From: Nitrososphaerota archaeon
Lineage (GTDB): Archaea > Thermoproteota > Nitrososphaeria > Nitrososphaerales > Nitrosopumilaceae
Assembly (NCBI GenBank): GCA_028867755.1
Contig: JAGWFT010000001.1
Location: 772,727 to 836,726 of the forward strand
Reading direction: 5' to 3'
Length of the DNA stretch: 64,000 bases
The notes beneath the pieces were generated by a model. That model had not been told where the DNA came from. It saw only the letters and a program-made list of their open reading frames with translations, and did not search any database. Positions 39,280 through 48,911 of the stretch are shown piece after piece. Both the position numbers and the translations under genes were made by a program. Position 1 is the stretch's first letter; each line of letters opens with the position of its first letter.

Positions 39280-40578
39280 ATGTCGGAGAGATCTTGCATT
39301 ATTAATAAACATAGAATTTTTACTGCATGTGTTGTAATGTTCGCCGCAGCAGCATTATTTGTTCCACTTATCTCATCTCATAATATGGCGTTTGCTCAAA
39401 CAGGAGGTATCAGTAGTCCAGCTGTAGTGAACGAACAAACCCAAGTAACACTTTCAGGTGTTAATTCCTTTACCCCTGTTGCAGGAAATACTCTTGTAAA
39501 ATATTATTGGCAACAGATGTTTGGCGACCCTGTCAGTTTTCTAAACGGGGGGCAAACCATAACATTTACAACACCATCAGTTTCAGCTGGCGATACTAAA
39601 TATCTGAGGTTTGCCTTGACGGTTACAGATAACCACGGTGCGACAAGTAGTACCGCATTTAATCTTCAAGTTGTACACACTAATCACCCTCCTACCGTTG
39701 TAACTCAACATGAGCTCATAGTGACTGAATCTTCTCAAGTAAGTTTAACGGGTACTGCAACAGATCCTGACAATGATGCACTGACATACCAATGGAAGCA
39801 AATTTCAGGAAGTGCTGTAACATTATCAGCAGCAGATCAACCTGTTGCTACATTTACTGCACCATCTGTTGGCTCGCAACCGTCTACGACTTTGCAGTTT
39901 ACACTCACAGCATATGACGGCCATGGCGGACAGGGTTCTGATTCAGAAACCGTTATAGTCATGAGTAATAACTATTACAACCAGCCTTCAATTCAATGTG
40001 GACCTGTCATTGGAGGAGCGCAAGGATCTCAAGTCACTTTGCCAGCAACTGTAAGCAATCCATCTAATACTCCACTGACCTATTCGTGGAAACAGATCTC
40101 TGGTTTACCATCTCAAATATCATCAGCAGGTACATTAAACCCATCAGTAACAATTCCTAATGGCCCTGATTCTTCTGAAATTGGATTTCTGTTGACCGTC
40201 TCTGCTGGTAAGACTGTGATTGGATCTTGTGACAGCTTTGTTTATACTCAACTAGGATATTCCTTGCCACCGATTGCTAATGCTGGTCCAGATAGAACTG
40301 TAAATGGAAATGATCAAGTAACATTAGACGGCTCTAAGAGTACTGGATACGGTTATCTGTCATATTCTTGGAGACAAGTTTCAGGAGTCCAGGTAACTCT
40401 ACTTAACACAAATTCGGCCACCCCACAATTTGTTGCACCGGATGTCCCAGTTGGCAGCACGGACACACTTGTCTTTGAACTTGGTGTAAGCAACGGATAT
40501 GGAAGAGGCGCAGACCAAGTTCAAATAACAGTCATTCATCCAAACGTTCCTCCGACTGCAGTAATTACAATGAAATAA
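39280..40578 (+). CDS. Secreted four-domain PKD/Ig-like protein (paralog 2)
   Basis: Signal peptide ending MAFA; DPDNDALTYQWKQISG / LQFTLTAYDG / PPIANAGPDR; same domain order as paralog 1; no TM anchor. Confidence 0.88.
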   Translation: MSERSCIINKHRIFTACVVMFAAAALFVPLISSHNMAFAQTGGISSPAVVNEQTQVTLSGVNSFTPVAGNTLVKYYWQQMFGDPVSFLNGGQTITFTTPSVSAGDTKYLRFALTVTDNHGATSSTAFNLQVVHTNHPPTVVTQHELIVTESSQVSLTGTATDPDNDALTYQWKQISGSAVTLSAADQPVATFTAPSVGSQPSTTLQFTLTAYDGHGGQGSDSETVIVMSNNYYNQPSIQCGPVIGGAQGSQVTLPATVSNPSNTPLTYSWKQISGLPSQISSAGTLNPSVTIPNGPDSSEIGFLLTVSAGKTVIGSCDSFVYTQLGYSLPPIANAGPDRTVNGNDQVTLDGSKSTGYGYLSYSWRQVSGVQVTLLNTNSATPQFVAPDVPVGSTDTLVFELGVSNGYGRGADQVQITVIHPNVPPTAVITMK

Positions 40579-40810
40579 AGGCAACATCACAACCAAAAAT
40601 TAGCCCGAGTTTCATAAAAACAAATACTGTAAAAATTAACCAACAATCGTTTTATGGCAACATGGTGCGAATCATCCTGATGTGTGTCTATGACCTCATG
40701 ATAACGTGATACTGTATCATCTTATCTGCCTGTGGAATCTAATCTACGATTCTGAAAAATTGACGATTTCTACATGGTTAGACAAAATCAAAAAATCGTC
40801 ATATTGCGGT

Positions 40811-41155
40811 CTATCTTATCTTATCTTTAAAGTCTGAAATTCCGCTTGCAAAGTTTTTTGTCTCATGTCCAATGTCTGAAATTGTAGATCCGTTGTATAC
40901 TCTGTCCAAATACTTACCAGCTATGATCATGGGCACACCTATGAAGGTGGTAAAAGGTTCTGGTGAAAACAGCAGGATAAAGCCTATCTTTTGTATCTTC
41001 TTGCCGGGTGCAGGCGCACGTTGAAGCGAACCTAGCGCACGCGCTGTTCCGCAGTCGTCAAGGGTTCCAAGACTGGAGTACACCTCAGCCCGTCTTTTGA
41101 TGGACTCTCTCATTTTTTTAATTTTATGAATATTCTTCCTAATTCCCTCATTCAT
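40811..41155 (-). CDS. Hypothetical protein
   Basis: 114-aa ORF with hydrophobic hairpin GFILLFSPEPFTTFIGVPMIIAG. Confidence 0.55.
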   Translation of the reverse strand: MNEGIRKNIHKIKKMRESIKRRAEVYSSLGTLDDCGTARALGSLQRAPAPGKKIQKIGFILLFSPEPFTTFIGVPMIIAGKYLDRVYNGSTISDIGHETKNFASGISDFKDKIR

Positions 41156-41266
41156 ACGTGTCTCAAGTTTTGAGATTTCTAGTTAAGATTCCATGCAAAA
41201 GATCAATCACAATAAGGTAAAGATTTCTGATCAAAGGATTAGGTTATATCGCTTTGAGTATAACCA

Positions 41267-41734
41267 TTGGTTTATAACATGAAAGAAAAACGTGGTGAAC
41301 GGCTAGAATCTATCAAAGAGGCCAATAAATCAGCCAAGGGAGATTATTCAAGGATGGAGGACTATCTAGAAGTAATATCAGAACTTGTAGAGCTAAAAGG
41401 ATATGCAAATACTATTGACATTTCAAGATATCTAAACGTTAGTGCCCCTTCTGTTACAAAAATGCTACAAAGACTAGATGAGAACGGCTACTTGGAATAT
41501 GAAAAGTACAAGGGAATAAACCTCACTACAAAAGGCAATGCAGTGGCAGATACGATAAGGCAGAAACATGGTATTTTACTTGAATTTTTCAAGCTGCTTG
41601 GAATAAATCATGAAATAGCAAATCAAGACGCCGAAGGAATTGAACATCATTTAAACCAACAAACTATCAGACAGCTTAGGAAATTCATTACATTTCTAAA
41701 AGAAAATCCGCAAGTTTTAGAAAATTTTCAATAG
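41267..41734 (+). CDS. DtxR/MntR-family metal-dependent transcriptional regulator
   Basis: EDYLEVI, LNVSAPSVTKMLQRL, RQKHGILLEFF, DAEGIEHH; likely start ATG 41279. Confidence 0.93.
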   Translation: MVYNMKEKRGERLESIKEANKSAKGDYSRMEDYLEVISELVELKGYANTIDISRYLNVSAPSVTKMLQRLDENGYLEYEKYKGINLTTKGNAVADTIRQKHGILLEFFKLLGINHEIANQDAEGIEHHLNQQTIRQLRKFITFLKENPQVLENFQ

Positions 41735-43540
41735 CTAGTCACGCACCATTACTTTAATGTCATCTTTTGACATTACTGCATTAATCATCCTCTTTCCCAA
41801 AGTAGATCTTTTAGCTATGATGATCCTACCTCTTTTTCCTACCCTTGTAGATAACAGGTGTTTGTCTCTGACATAAACATCTGCATTCATGCCAGATTTG
41901 TCTTCATCTACTTCTAATATCAAATTGTTGCCAGATTCTGACATTTCAAACCATTCGTTTCTTCCATCTGATTCTGTTTTTGGTTCTACATCTATGTGTA
42001 TGCCAAGATTTTTTTCAAGCTCATTGATGGTGGAACCTCCTCGACCAATAAGTGATGGTATAGAATCTTTGTCAACTTTAACTCTTATACTATTATTGGA
42101 AAGAATCTCGATTTCTGCATTGGAATCAAATCTCTTAATTACATCTTTTATTTTTGATTCTGCGAGTCTTTCTATTCCTCCACTTTTTGCTTCCTTTGAT
42201 ATTGGTATGACAATGTTTTCCTCTCCATACGTGTAAATCTCATATTCAAGTGTATGGTTTTCAAAATTTCTTACCTCTATAACCGGTCTTGCTAAATCTT
42301 GCTCTGTCATCCCAGTAGGAACTTTAACCTTGAATTCTAACTCATATACTTTTGAGATCTGACCAGCTTTCACATAAACAACTGTATCTAAAATATGGGG
42401 GATCATGCCCAACTCCACTTTTCCTATGAAGCGTTGGATTGCATCAAGAGGCGCATTTGCATGTACAACTCCAACCATGCCAACCCCAGCAAGTCTCAAA
42501 TCAGAAAAGACTCGAAAATCATGATATCTTCTCACCTCATCAAATATTGTGTAGTCTGGTCGCACCAACAGCAATATGTCTGCAGCGTTTTCAAAACTTC
42601 CGTCAAGATGTGTATATTGCGTAATTTTTTCGTCAACCTGAAGATCTCTTGGCGACTCAAATGTCTTTACAATCTTGCCTTTCTTAGAATAAAAATCTGC
42701 AATACTTGACGCTAGTGTGCTCTTGCCAGAACCAGGTGCTCCAGCAACAAGTATTCCTTCTGCACTATCAGTTAATCTCTGCATCAGTTTCTCAGATATG
42801 TTGTATTGTTCAAGTGATAGCTTGACAAGCGGGTGCGTTATTGTAATTTCATAACTGTTAGAAAATGGAAGATGCGTTATTACAACTCTAAAGTCCCGAA
42901 ACTGAACTACCAAAGCACCTGGTTTTGAAATCTCAATAACCCCTGTCCTATTAACTCTGGAAGCTTCTAAGATCTCTGTGGTAATTTCTTCCAAGTATTC
43001 CTTTCCAAGTATTTTATCATCTAGCTCTACTAGGGAGAACACGCCTGGTTTTCCACGTTTGGCAACAGGTTTTGCTCCTTCCTTGAGATGTATACTCATT
43101 GTCTGAGCATCAAAGTATTTTTCAAATTCAAGTCCATCTACCTTGACCTGTGGTTTTGAATAACTGGTCTTCACTCCCTCTGCTTGTGCAACTAAGGCTT
43201 GTACGTAATCTGCTGTATAAAATGTGGCATTGTTCTTTTTTGCAATGTCTTTTATTATGGCATCAATTCTCCCATGTCTTGCTAATTTGATATCATCCAT
43301 GCTTGGGCGTTCCCCCTCAAATCGTAATGCAATATTGTTTTTTTGTACTAACTCACGAATCTTCTTTATTTCTTCCAAGCCAATAAACCCATAATCCTTG
43401 CTTTGTGAAGCTTGCGATTGAAGCTCATCTAAAACTGCAACAGGAATGATTATTTCACAATCTTTAAGGTTTCCAGATTCAATTAGTTTTGTTATTTCTC
43501 CATCTATTATGATACTTGTATCTACAACTATCTTTTCCAT
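41735..43540 (-). CDS. PIN-domain P-loop ATPase with C-terminal KH domain (PINA)
   Basis: IVVDTSIIIDG (PIN), AGAPGSGKST (Walker A), TIFDEVR, GVVHA, LIGRGGSTI (KH). Confidence 0.93.
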   Translation of the reverse strand: MEKIVVDTSIIIDGEITKLIESGNLKDCEIIIPVAVLDELQSQASQSKDYGFIGLEEIKKIRELVQKNNIALRFEGERPSMDDIKLARHGRIDAIIKDIAKKNNATFYTADYVQALVAQAEGVKTSYSKPQVKVDGLEFEKYFDAQTMSIHLKEGAKPVAKRGKPGVFSLVELDDKILGKEYLEEITTEILEASRVNRTGVIEISKPGALVVQFRDFRVVITHLPFSNSYEITITHPLVKLSLEQYNISEKLMQRLTDSAEGILVAGAPGSGKSTLASSIADFYSKKGKIVKTFESPRDLQVDEKITQYTHLDGSFENAADILLLVRPDYTIFDEVRRYHDFRVFSDLRLAGVGMVGVVHANAPLDAIQRFIGKVELGMIPHILDTVVYVKAGQISKVYELEFKVKVPTGMTEQDLARPVIEVRNFENHTLEYEIYTYGEENIVIPISKEAKSGGIERLAESKIKDVIKRFDSNAEIEILSNNSIRVKVDKDSIPSLIGRGGSTINELEKNLGIHIDVEPKTESDGRNEWFEMSESGNNLILEVDEDKSGMNADVYVRDKHLLSTRVGKRGRIIIAKRSTLGKRMINAVMSKDDIKVMVRD

Positions 43541-43587
43541 TATCTAGTCAGGTTATTTCGCACCATTTTAATCATACCTGTATTTTA

Positions 43588-43947
43588 TCACGATACATAT
43601 TCTGATATTTTACGTAATACATCTTCAAAATTGAATGGCTTTAGAATATATGCTACTGCACCAACACTGATACATTCTTTCATTGTGACCTGATTGTCAC
43701 TTGCAGTAATCATAATCACTTTTGCAACAGATTTGTATGCGATTATATCCCTCAATACACTAAGGCCATCCTTTTTTGGCATGGCGACATCTAAAAGTAC
43801 AACATCTGGATTTGTTTTTTTAAATTGCTCAAATGCATCCATGCCATTTGATGCCTCGGCAACTAATTCATGCTTACCTATGACCAAAATGTCCTTTAAC
43901 ACCATTCTTATGGCATCGGAATCATCAGCTATCATTATTCTGGCCAA
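43588..43947 (-). CDS. Stand-alone response regulator (CheY-like receiver)
   Basis: IADDS, LLDVAMP, ITA, YILKPF. Confidence 0.95.
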   Translation of the reverse strand: MARIMIADDSDAIRMVLKDILVIGKHELVAEASNGMDAFEQFKKTNPDVVLLDVAMPKKDGLSVLRDIIAYKSVAKVIMITASDNQVTMKECISVGAVAYILKPFNFEDVLRKISEYVS

Positions 43948-43991
43948 TTCTTACATATCACCATGTTTAGTATTTAAGTTCAAAAGGCATT

Positions 43992-44360
43992 CTACGGGTC
44001 TGGTATATGAGGAAATTTGTTGCGAATTTGTTTCTTAAAATCAGATACATCGTAAATATCTGAACCATTAAAAATCTGTTTCATGTCGTTAATTGTTTTA
44101 GTTATGACGGGATGAGATCCAGGTAACAAACCCTTGTTTATCATGTAATTTAATATGGAATCGCTTGTTTTAGCTAATTCGCCAACTTTCTCTTGCCCCA
44201 TCATGGGTGCCAGTCCCTTGATCTTGTGAAGGTGTCGTTCTATGTTTTTAGAATTCTCTAATATGTCTTCATCATTACTGCACTGCAAGACAATTCGTTC
44301 TAATTCATCCAATTCTAACTGTATCTCTTGTCTAGCAGCATCAAGAAACTTGTCGGACAT
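43992..44360 (-). CDS. Stand-alone Hpt (histidine phosphotransfer) protein
   Basis: RHLHKIKGLAPMMG H-box in a helical protein. Confidence 0.85.
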   Translation of the reverse strand: MSDKFLDAARQEIQLELDELERIVLQCSNDEDILENSKNIERHLHKIKGLAPMMGQEKVGELAKTSDSILNYMINKGLLPGSHPVITKTINDMKQIFNGSDIYDVSDFKKQIRNKFPHIPDP

Positions 44361-44426
44361 TTTAACTAGTTACCAGATCTTCTTCATACAAGCTTTTATA
44401 GGCTTGCCTATTGTTTTCTTATCAAA

Positions 44427-46301
44427 TTGAAGATTACTCAGAAAACCTATCTGTTACTTGGAGTAATAATTGGAATTTCCGCCGTTAACCTGTTCTTGCT
44501 TCTCTCAATCTCTCAGGAGAACTTGGATGTACTTCATTCAATTAGTGCTGCAAGTAATCTGAAGGTTATAGTTGAAAGGATAGCAGGTACTGCTAATTCT
44601 ATTGCAAGTGGCAACGAGTTTGATAGACAAACATTGGCGGATGAAATTAGTAATTTTGATCAAACTTATGCAATTCTAGGATCTGGAGGACAATCCCAAG
44701 GTGTCACAATAGTTCCTGCACCATCTGAATTGCAACCAGTCTATAGTCAAATCGGAAGTTCTTGGCAAGACTATAAACAATCTGCCGAAAAAATTCGCCA
44801 AGAATCCGTCTTTGATCCAAAAGTTGAAGAGGCATTAACATACGTTCTGGGTAAAAATGGAGATCTGACTTCATTAACAAATGGGGTTGTAAATGATCTA
44901 ACTCCATTAGACAGGAATTACAATAAACACAAGATGATTGCAACAGAAATGGTATCTATTGCACAAGACATAGGACAAAAGACATTATTGGTTTCAATTG
45001 GTGAAGGAGGTAATGCTACCCAAGCTATAGAAAAAGACACAGTAACATTTGACGGAGATCTAAAGAATCTAGAAGGAATTCCTTTGGACAGCCCTGATTA
45101 CGCAAAATACGGCATAACCCAAGAAAACTTACAGCCTATCCCAAGAGAAAATTCTAGTTCCTTGAGAGACCTTGATCCGCTATGGCAAGCAGAACAAGCT
45201 AAACTATTGTTTATTGAAAATAACACGTTAATTTCAAAAGAATTCGGTTCTGCACTCTCGCATCTTGATACTCAACGAGGAGTATTGCTTGATAATACTT
45301 CACAGTTTGTAGACAAATGGAACCAACTTGTTGATTCGGAATTGAACCATAATGTCATAATAGTTCAAGGTTTACTGATTGTAGATATCGCAGCGTTTGT
45401 AACTGTAATGTTCTCAATCAGAAAATCACTTAGTCCTCTACACATACTTACAAATGCCATTGCAAGAGTGAGAGAAGGCTTCTATGATGAAAAAATTGAT
45501 TATACTTCTAATGATGAAATAGGTGAGCTTGCTGGGGCATTCAATTCAATGTCCAGCGCAATTCTAAAGAAAGAAGAAGAAGCTAGGAAGATTGAGGTCG
45601 CAAAAGATGAGTTTCTTGCCATGATAACACACGAATTGAAAACCCCACTAGTTCCAATACAAGGATATTCTGACATATTGTTAGGTGAACATCTAGGGCC
45701 ACTAAGTAAAAATCAGAAAGATAGGTTGGAAGTAATTCGATCAAGTGCCGTATCTCTTTTACAATTAATATCTGATCTACTTGATGCACAAAAGTTAGAG
45801 TTAGGCCAACTTAGGATCAAAAAATCAAATCATAATATAAAAGAAACAATTGAAAATACGATAGTTGTCATGAAACCACAAGCACTTGCAGATAAAATAC
45901 AATTAACACATAATCTGAACAGAGATATGTATGCTAATTATGATGATGAAAGAATAATACAGGTTCTCACAAACCTAATTAAAAACAGCTTAAAGGCAAC
46001 CTCGCCTACAACTGGAAAAGTTGAAGTATTGGTTGAAGAAAATTCGAAAGAAATCACAGTGTCAGTAAAAGATAATGGAAGGGGAATCCCAGCAGATGCA
46101 ATTGATAAAGTTTTCAAGAAATTCTATCAAGTGGATACTTCTTCTACTAGGGAATCTGGTGGAAGTGGGTTGGGTCTTTCAATATGCAAAGGAATTGTGG
46201 AAGCCCACGGTGGGAGAATCTGGGTACAAAGCGAAGTAAACAAGGGCTCTGTATTCTCACTGACAATACCAAGAGAAGAATCCTCAAAAACTCCGGTATA
46301 A
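44427..46301 (+). CDS. Membrane sensor histidine kinase (extracellular sensor, HAMP, HisKA, HATPase)
   Basis: Two TMs, DEIGELAGAFN, ITHELKTPL, QVLTNLIKNS, DNGRGI, FYQ, GSGLGLSIC. Confidence 0.95.
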   Translation: MKITQKTYLLLGVIIGISAVNLFLLLSISQENLDVLHSISAASNLKVIVERIAGTANSIASGNEFDRQTLADEISNFDQTYAILGSGGQSQGVTIVPAPSELQPVYSQIGSSWQDYKQSAEKIRQESVFDPKVEEALTYVLGKNGDLTSLTNGVVNDLTPLDRNYNKHKMIATEMVSIAQDIGQKTLLVSIGEGGNATQAIEKDTVTFDGDLKNLEGIPLDSPDYAKYGITQENLQPIPRENSSSLRDLDPLWQAEQAKLLFIENNTLISKEFGSALSHLDTQRGVLLDNTSQFVDKWNQLVDSELNHNVIIVQGLLIVDIAAFVTVMFSIRKSLSPLHILTNAIARVREGFYDEKIDYTSNDEIGELAGAFNSMSSAILKKEEEARKIEVAKDEFLAMITHELKTPLVPIQGYSDILLGEHLGPLSKNQKDRLEVIRSSAVSLLQLISDLLDAQKLELGQLRIKKSNHNIKETIENTIVVMKPQALADKIQLTHNLNRDMYANYDDERIIQVLTNLIKNSLKATSPTTGKVEVLVEENSKEITVSVKDNGRGIPADAIDKVFKKFYQVDTSSTRESGGSGLGLSICKGIVEAHGGRIWVQSEVNKGSVFSLTIPREESSKTPV

Positions 46302-46311
46302 GATAAAATAG

Positions 46312-47742
46312 TTGCAATATATTCTTCAATCGTTGTTACAAGATTTTGCAGATAAAGCAGTTCAAATTGCACTCCAAAATGGGGTAAAATATTGTGATGT
46401 TAGGGCAGAGATTGTTAAAAGTAATGGCTTTCTGCTTGAAAACGGCCAGATTGAGCATTTTTCATCTAAATTTGAGAATGGATTAGGAATACGTGTACTT
46501 GCAGACGGTGCATGGGGATTCTACTCCATGTCTAATCCAAGATCAATGGATAAGCTAAAAGAAGGAATATCCGGTGCAATAAAAAATGCATTTTATTATG
46601 CTCAAACAAAGAAACAAAAAGTAAAGTTAGCAGAAACTCGTACTTATGTGGATACCACAGATTGTAGTGTGATTGAAAAGCCTACTATAGAAGAGATGAC
46701 AAAATTAGCAATTGAATGTGATACAACAATCCGAAAAAGAAAAAGAATAATCAAGTCATCTATTCACATGCATCATGATGAATCTTGCAAATATTTTGTA
46801 AACAGTGATGGAGCAAAAATAGTTCAAAATCATGATGATATTATAGCTCATCTATCTGCCACGGCATATGAATCTGGCCTCTCAGAAACTGTAAGTACAA
46901 CTGAGGGCGGTCGTGGTGGAATGGAAATGATTACAAAAAAAAATAATGTTTTGAGCGTAGCAGGTGACATATCTGAAAATGCTGACAAACTAATAGATGC
47001 AAAGCCTGCAAAAGAAGAAAAAACCACTGTTGTGATGGATCCTGATTTTGTTGCATTATTGACCCATGAAATTTTAGGCCATCCTTCTGAAGCTGATAGA
47101 GTACTCGGAAAAGAAATGGCATGGGCTGGAGGCGCATGGTGGTCTGGTAAACTTGGAACAAAAATCGGGTCAGCTGAACTTAATGTAATTGATGATCCTA
47201 TGATTCCATCTAGCTTGGGGTGGTACAAGTATGATGATGAAGGCGTAATTTCATCTAGAAAATCGCTAATAACAGATGGTGTACTTGTTGGGCACATGCA
47301 GAGTAGAGAAACTGCCTGTATCTTTGATACCGAGCCTAATTCTGCAATGAGATCAACCGGATATTCATTTATGCCATTGATCAGGATGGCATGTACTTGC
47401 ATTAGCCCAGGAAATTGGGATCCAGATGAGATGATACATGATGTAAAATCTGGATATGTAATTTGTGGCATGAAGGTGCCATCTATAGATATGATGAGAT
47501 ATAATTGGAGCATCTCGTGCCAGTATGCCCAAAAAATTGAGAATGGTGAACGTACAGAATTACTAAGAGATGTTATTGTTATGGGAAATGCTCCCGAATT
47601 TTTTAATTCAATTGATGCAAGAGGAAACGATTTCACTATAAGACCTATAACAAATTGTGGCAAGGGAGATCCAATGCAGATAATGAGAATGGGAAATGGT
47701 GGTCCTCACATTCGTGGAGTGGCTACTGTAAAGAGTGTATAG
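46312..47742 (+). CDS. tldD: TldD/PmbA-family metalloprotease (TldD type)
   Basis: GLGIRVLADGAWGF, HEILGHPSEAD, YDDEG, RMACT, CGKG. Confidence 0.9.
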   Translation: MQYILQSLLQDFADKAVQIALQNGVKYCDVRAEIVKSNGFLLENGQIEHFSSKFENGLGIRVLADGAWGFYSMSNPRSMDKLKEGISGAIKNAFYYAQTKKQKVKLAETRTYVDTTDCSVIEKPTIEEMTKLAIECDTTIRKRKRIIKSSIHMHHDESCKYFVNSDGAKIVQNHDDIIAHLSATAYESGLSETVSTTEGGRGGMEMITKKNNVLSVAGDISENADKLIDAKPAKEEKTTVVMDPDFVALLTHEILGHPSEADRVLGKEMAWAGGAWWSGKLGTKIGSAELNVIDDPMIPSSLGWYKYDDEGVISSRKSLITDGVLVGHMQSRETACIFDTEPNSAMRSTGYSFMPLIRMACTCISPGNWDPDEMIHDVKSGYVICGMKVPSIDMMRYNWSISCQYAQKIENGERTELLRDVIVMGNAPEFFNSIDARGNDFTIRPITNCGKGDPMQIMRMGNGGPHIRGVATVKSV

Positions 47743-47751
47743 GAATCTAAA

Positions 47752-48333
47752 ATGTCAAGTGATCTTGATGCTCTAAGAAAAACTGTCATTTCATGTATTA
47801 AATGTGAACTGTCAAAATCAAGAATAAATGCGGTGCCAGGTCATGGAAGTGCAAAAACTGAGGTAATCTTCATTGGCGAAGCTCCAGGTAGAAATGAAGA
47901 TCTTCAAGGTGTACCATTTGTAGGTACTGCAGGCAAGATACTTTCAGAAGCATTAGCATATGCAGGATTTACGCGTGAGGATGTTTACATTACAAATGTT
48001 GTGAAATGTAGGCCACCCAATAACCGAAGACCAAATACACAAGAGCTAGATTCATGTAGGAACTATTTACAAAAAGAACTTGATATCATTAGACCAAAAA
48101 TTATTTGTATACTGGGAAATACTGCTTTTGGGTCATTATTAAACGGAAATGCAATAACCAAGAACAGGGGGAAAATAATCCAAAGAGATGGCCAACTATA
48201 TTTTGTTACGATACATCCAGCAGCTGTGATATATAATCAAGAATTACGCCAAGTCCTAAAAGACGACTTGAAGATGCTATTTGATGTTCTTGACAAGATA
48301 AAAAAGGGAATTGCAATAGAAATTAACGAATGA
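47752..48333 (+). CDS. udg: Uracil-DNA glycosylase family 4 (Fe-S)
   Basis: CIKCELS, IGEAPG..ED..G.PFVG, NVVKCRPPNNR, TIHPAA. Confidence 0.95.
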   Translation: MSSDLDALRKTVISCIKCELSKSRINAVPGHGSAKTEVIFIGEAPGRNEDLQGVPFVGTAGKILSEALAYAGFTREDVYITNVVKCRPPNNRRPNTQELDSCRNYLQKELDIIRPKIICILGNTAFGSLLNGNAITKNRGKIIQRDGQLYFVTIHPAAVIYNQELRQVLKDDLKMLFDVLDKIKKGIAIEINE

Positions 48334-48911
48334 AAATAATCCCGCGCTCATTTTATAATCAAGATACCGTTGATGTGGCCAAGAATCTTCTTGGTAAAGT
48401 ACTAGTTAGAAAGATTAATGGTATGACAATTTCAGGAATCATTTCTGAAACTGAAGCTTATCGATACAAAGATGATCCTGCCAGCCATTCATTTGGAGGC
48501 ATAACGGAAAGAAACAAAGCAATGTTTGGTGAGGTAGGAAGAGCCTATGTGTATTTTACATATGGGATGCATTATTGTGTAAATGCTGTTGCAAAAGATG
48601 AGAAACATGACGCAGGGGCAGTATTGATAAGATCTCTTATTCCAAAGAACGGACTTGAGTTTATGATAAAACAACGCAAAACAAACATTGTGGAAAATCT
48701 TACAAATGGGCCTGCGAAGCTAACCAAGTCTCTTAAAATAACGAAAAAACAATATGGTGAGGATCTAACAAAAACCTCAAGACTGTATGTTGTTGATGGC
48801 GTGAATGTAAAAAGTTACATAATTGTATCAAAACCAAGAATTGGAATTAAAAAAGCAGTAGATTATTTGTGGAATTTTAGTGTACCAAAAAGCTATTTTA
48901 TGAATTATTGA
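48330..48911 (+). CDS. mpg: DNA-3-methyladenine glycosylase (MPG/AAG family)
   Basis: VAKNLLGK, ISETEAY, AYVYFTYGMHYCVN, AVLIR, LTNGPAKL, RIGI. Confidence 0.95.
   Translation: MKIIPRSFYNQDTVDVAKNLLGKVLVRKINGMTISGIISETEAYRYKDDPASHSFGGITERNKAMFGEVGRAYVYFTYGMHYCVNAVAKDEKHDAGAVLIRSLIPKNGLEFMIKQRKTNIVENLTNGPAKLTKSLKITKKQYGEDLTKTSRLYVVDGVNVKSYIIVSKPRIGIKKAVDYLWNFSVPKSYFMNY

Noticed and set aside
37818-40578. PKD genes as two halves of one broken long adhesin
   Set aside because: The second gene has its own promoter-like AT-rich region and signal peptide, and both share the same four-domain plus tail layout
46848-47663. 271-aa reverse-strand ORF, and the many other 60-170 aa ORFs nested opposite real genes
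   Set aside because: Antisense shadows of well-supported genes (here tldD); Ser/Ile/Phe-rich composition typical of reverse frames
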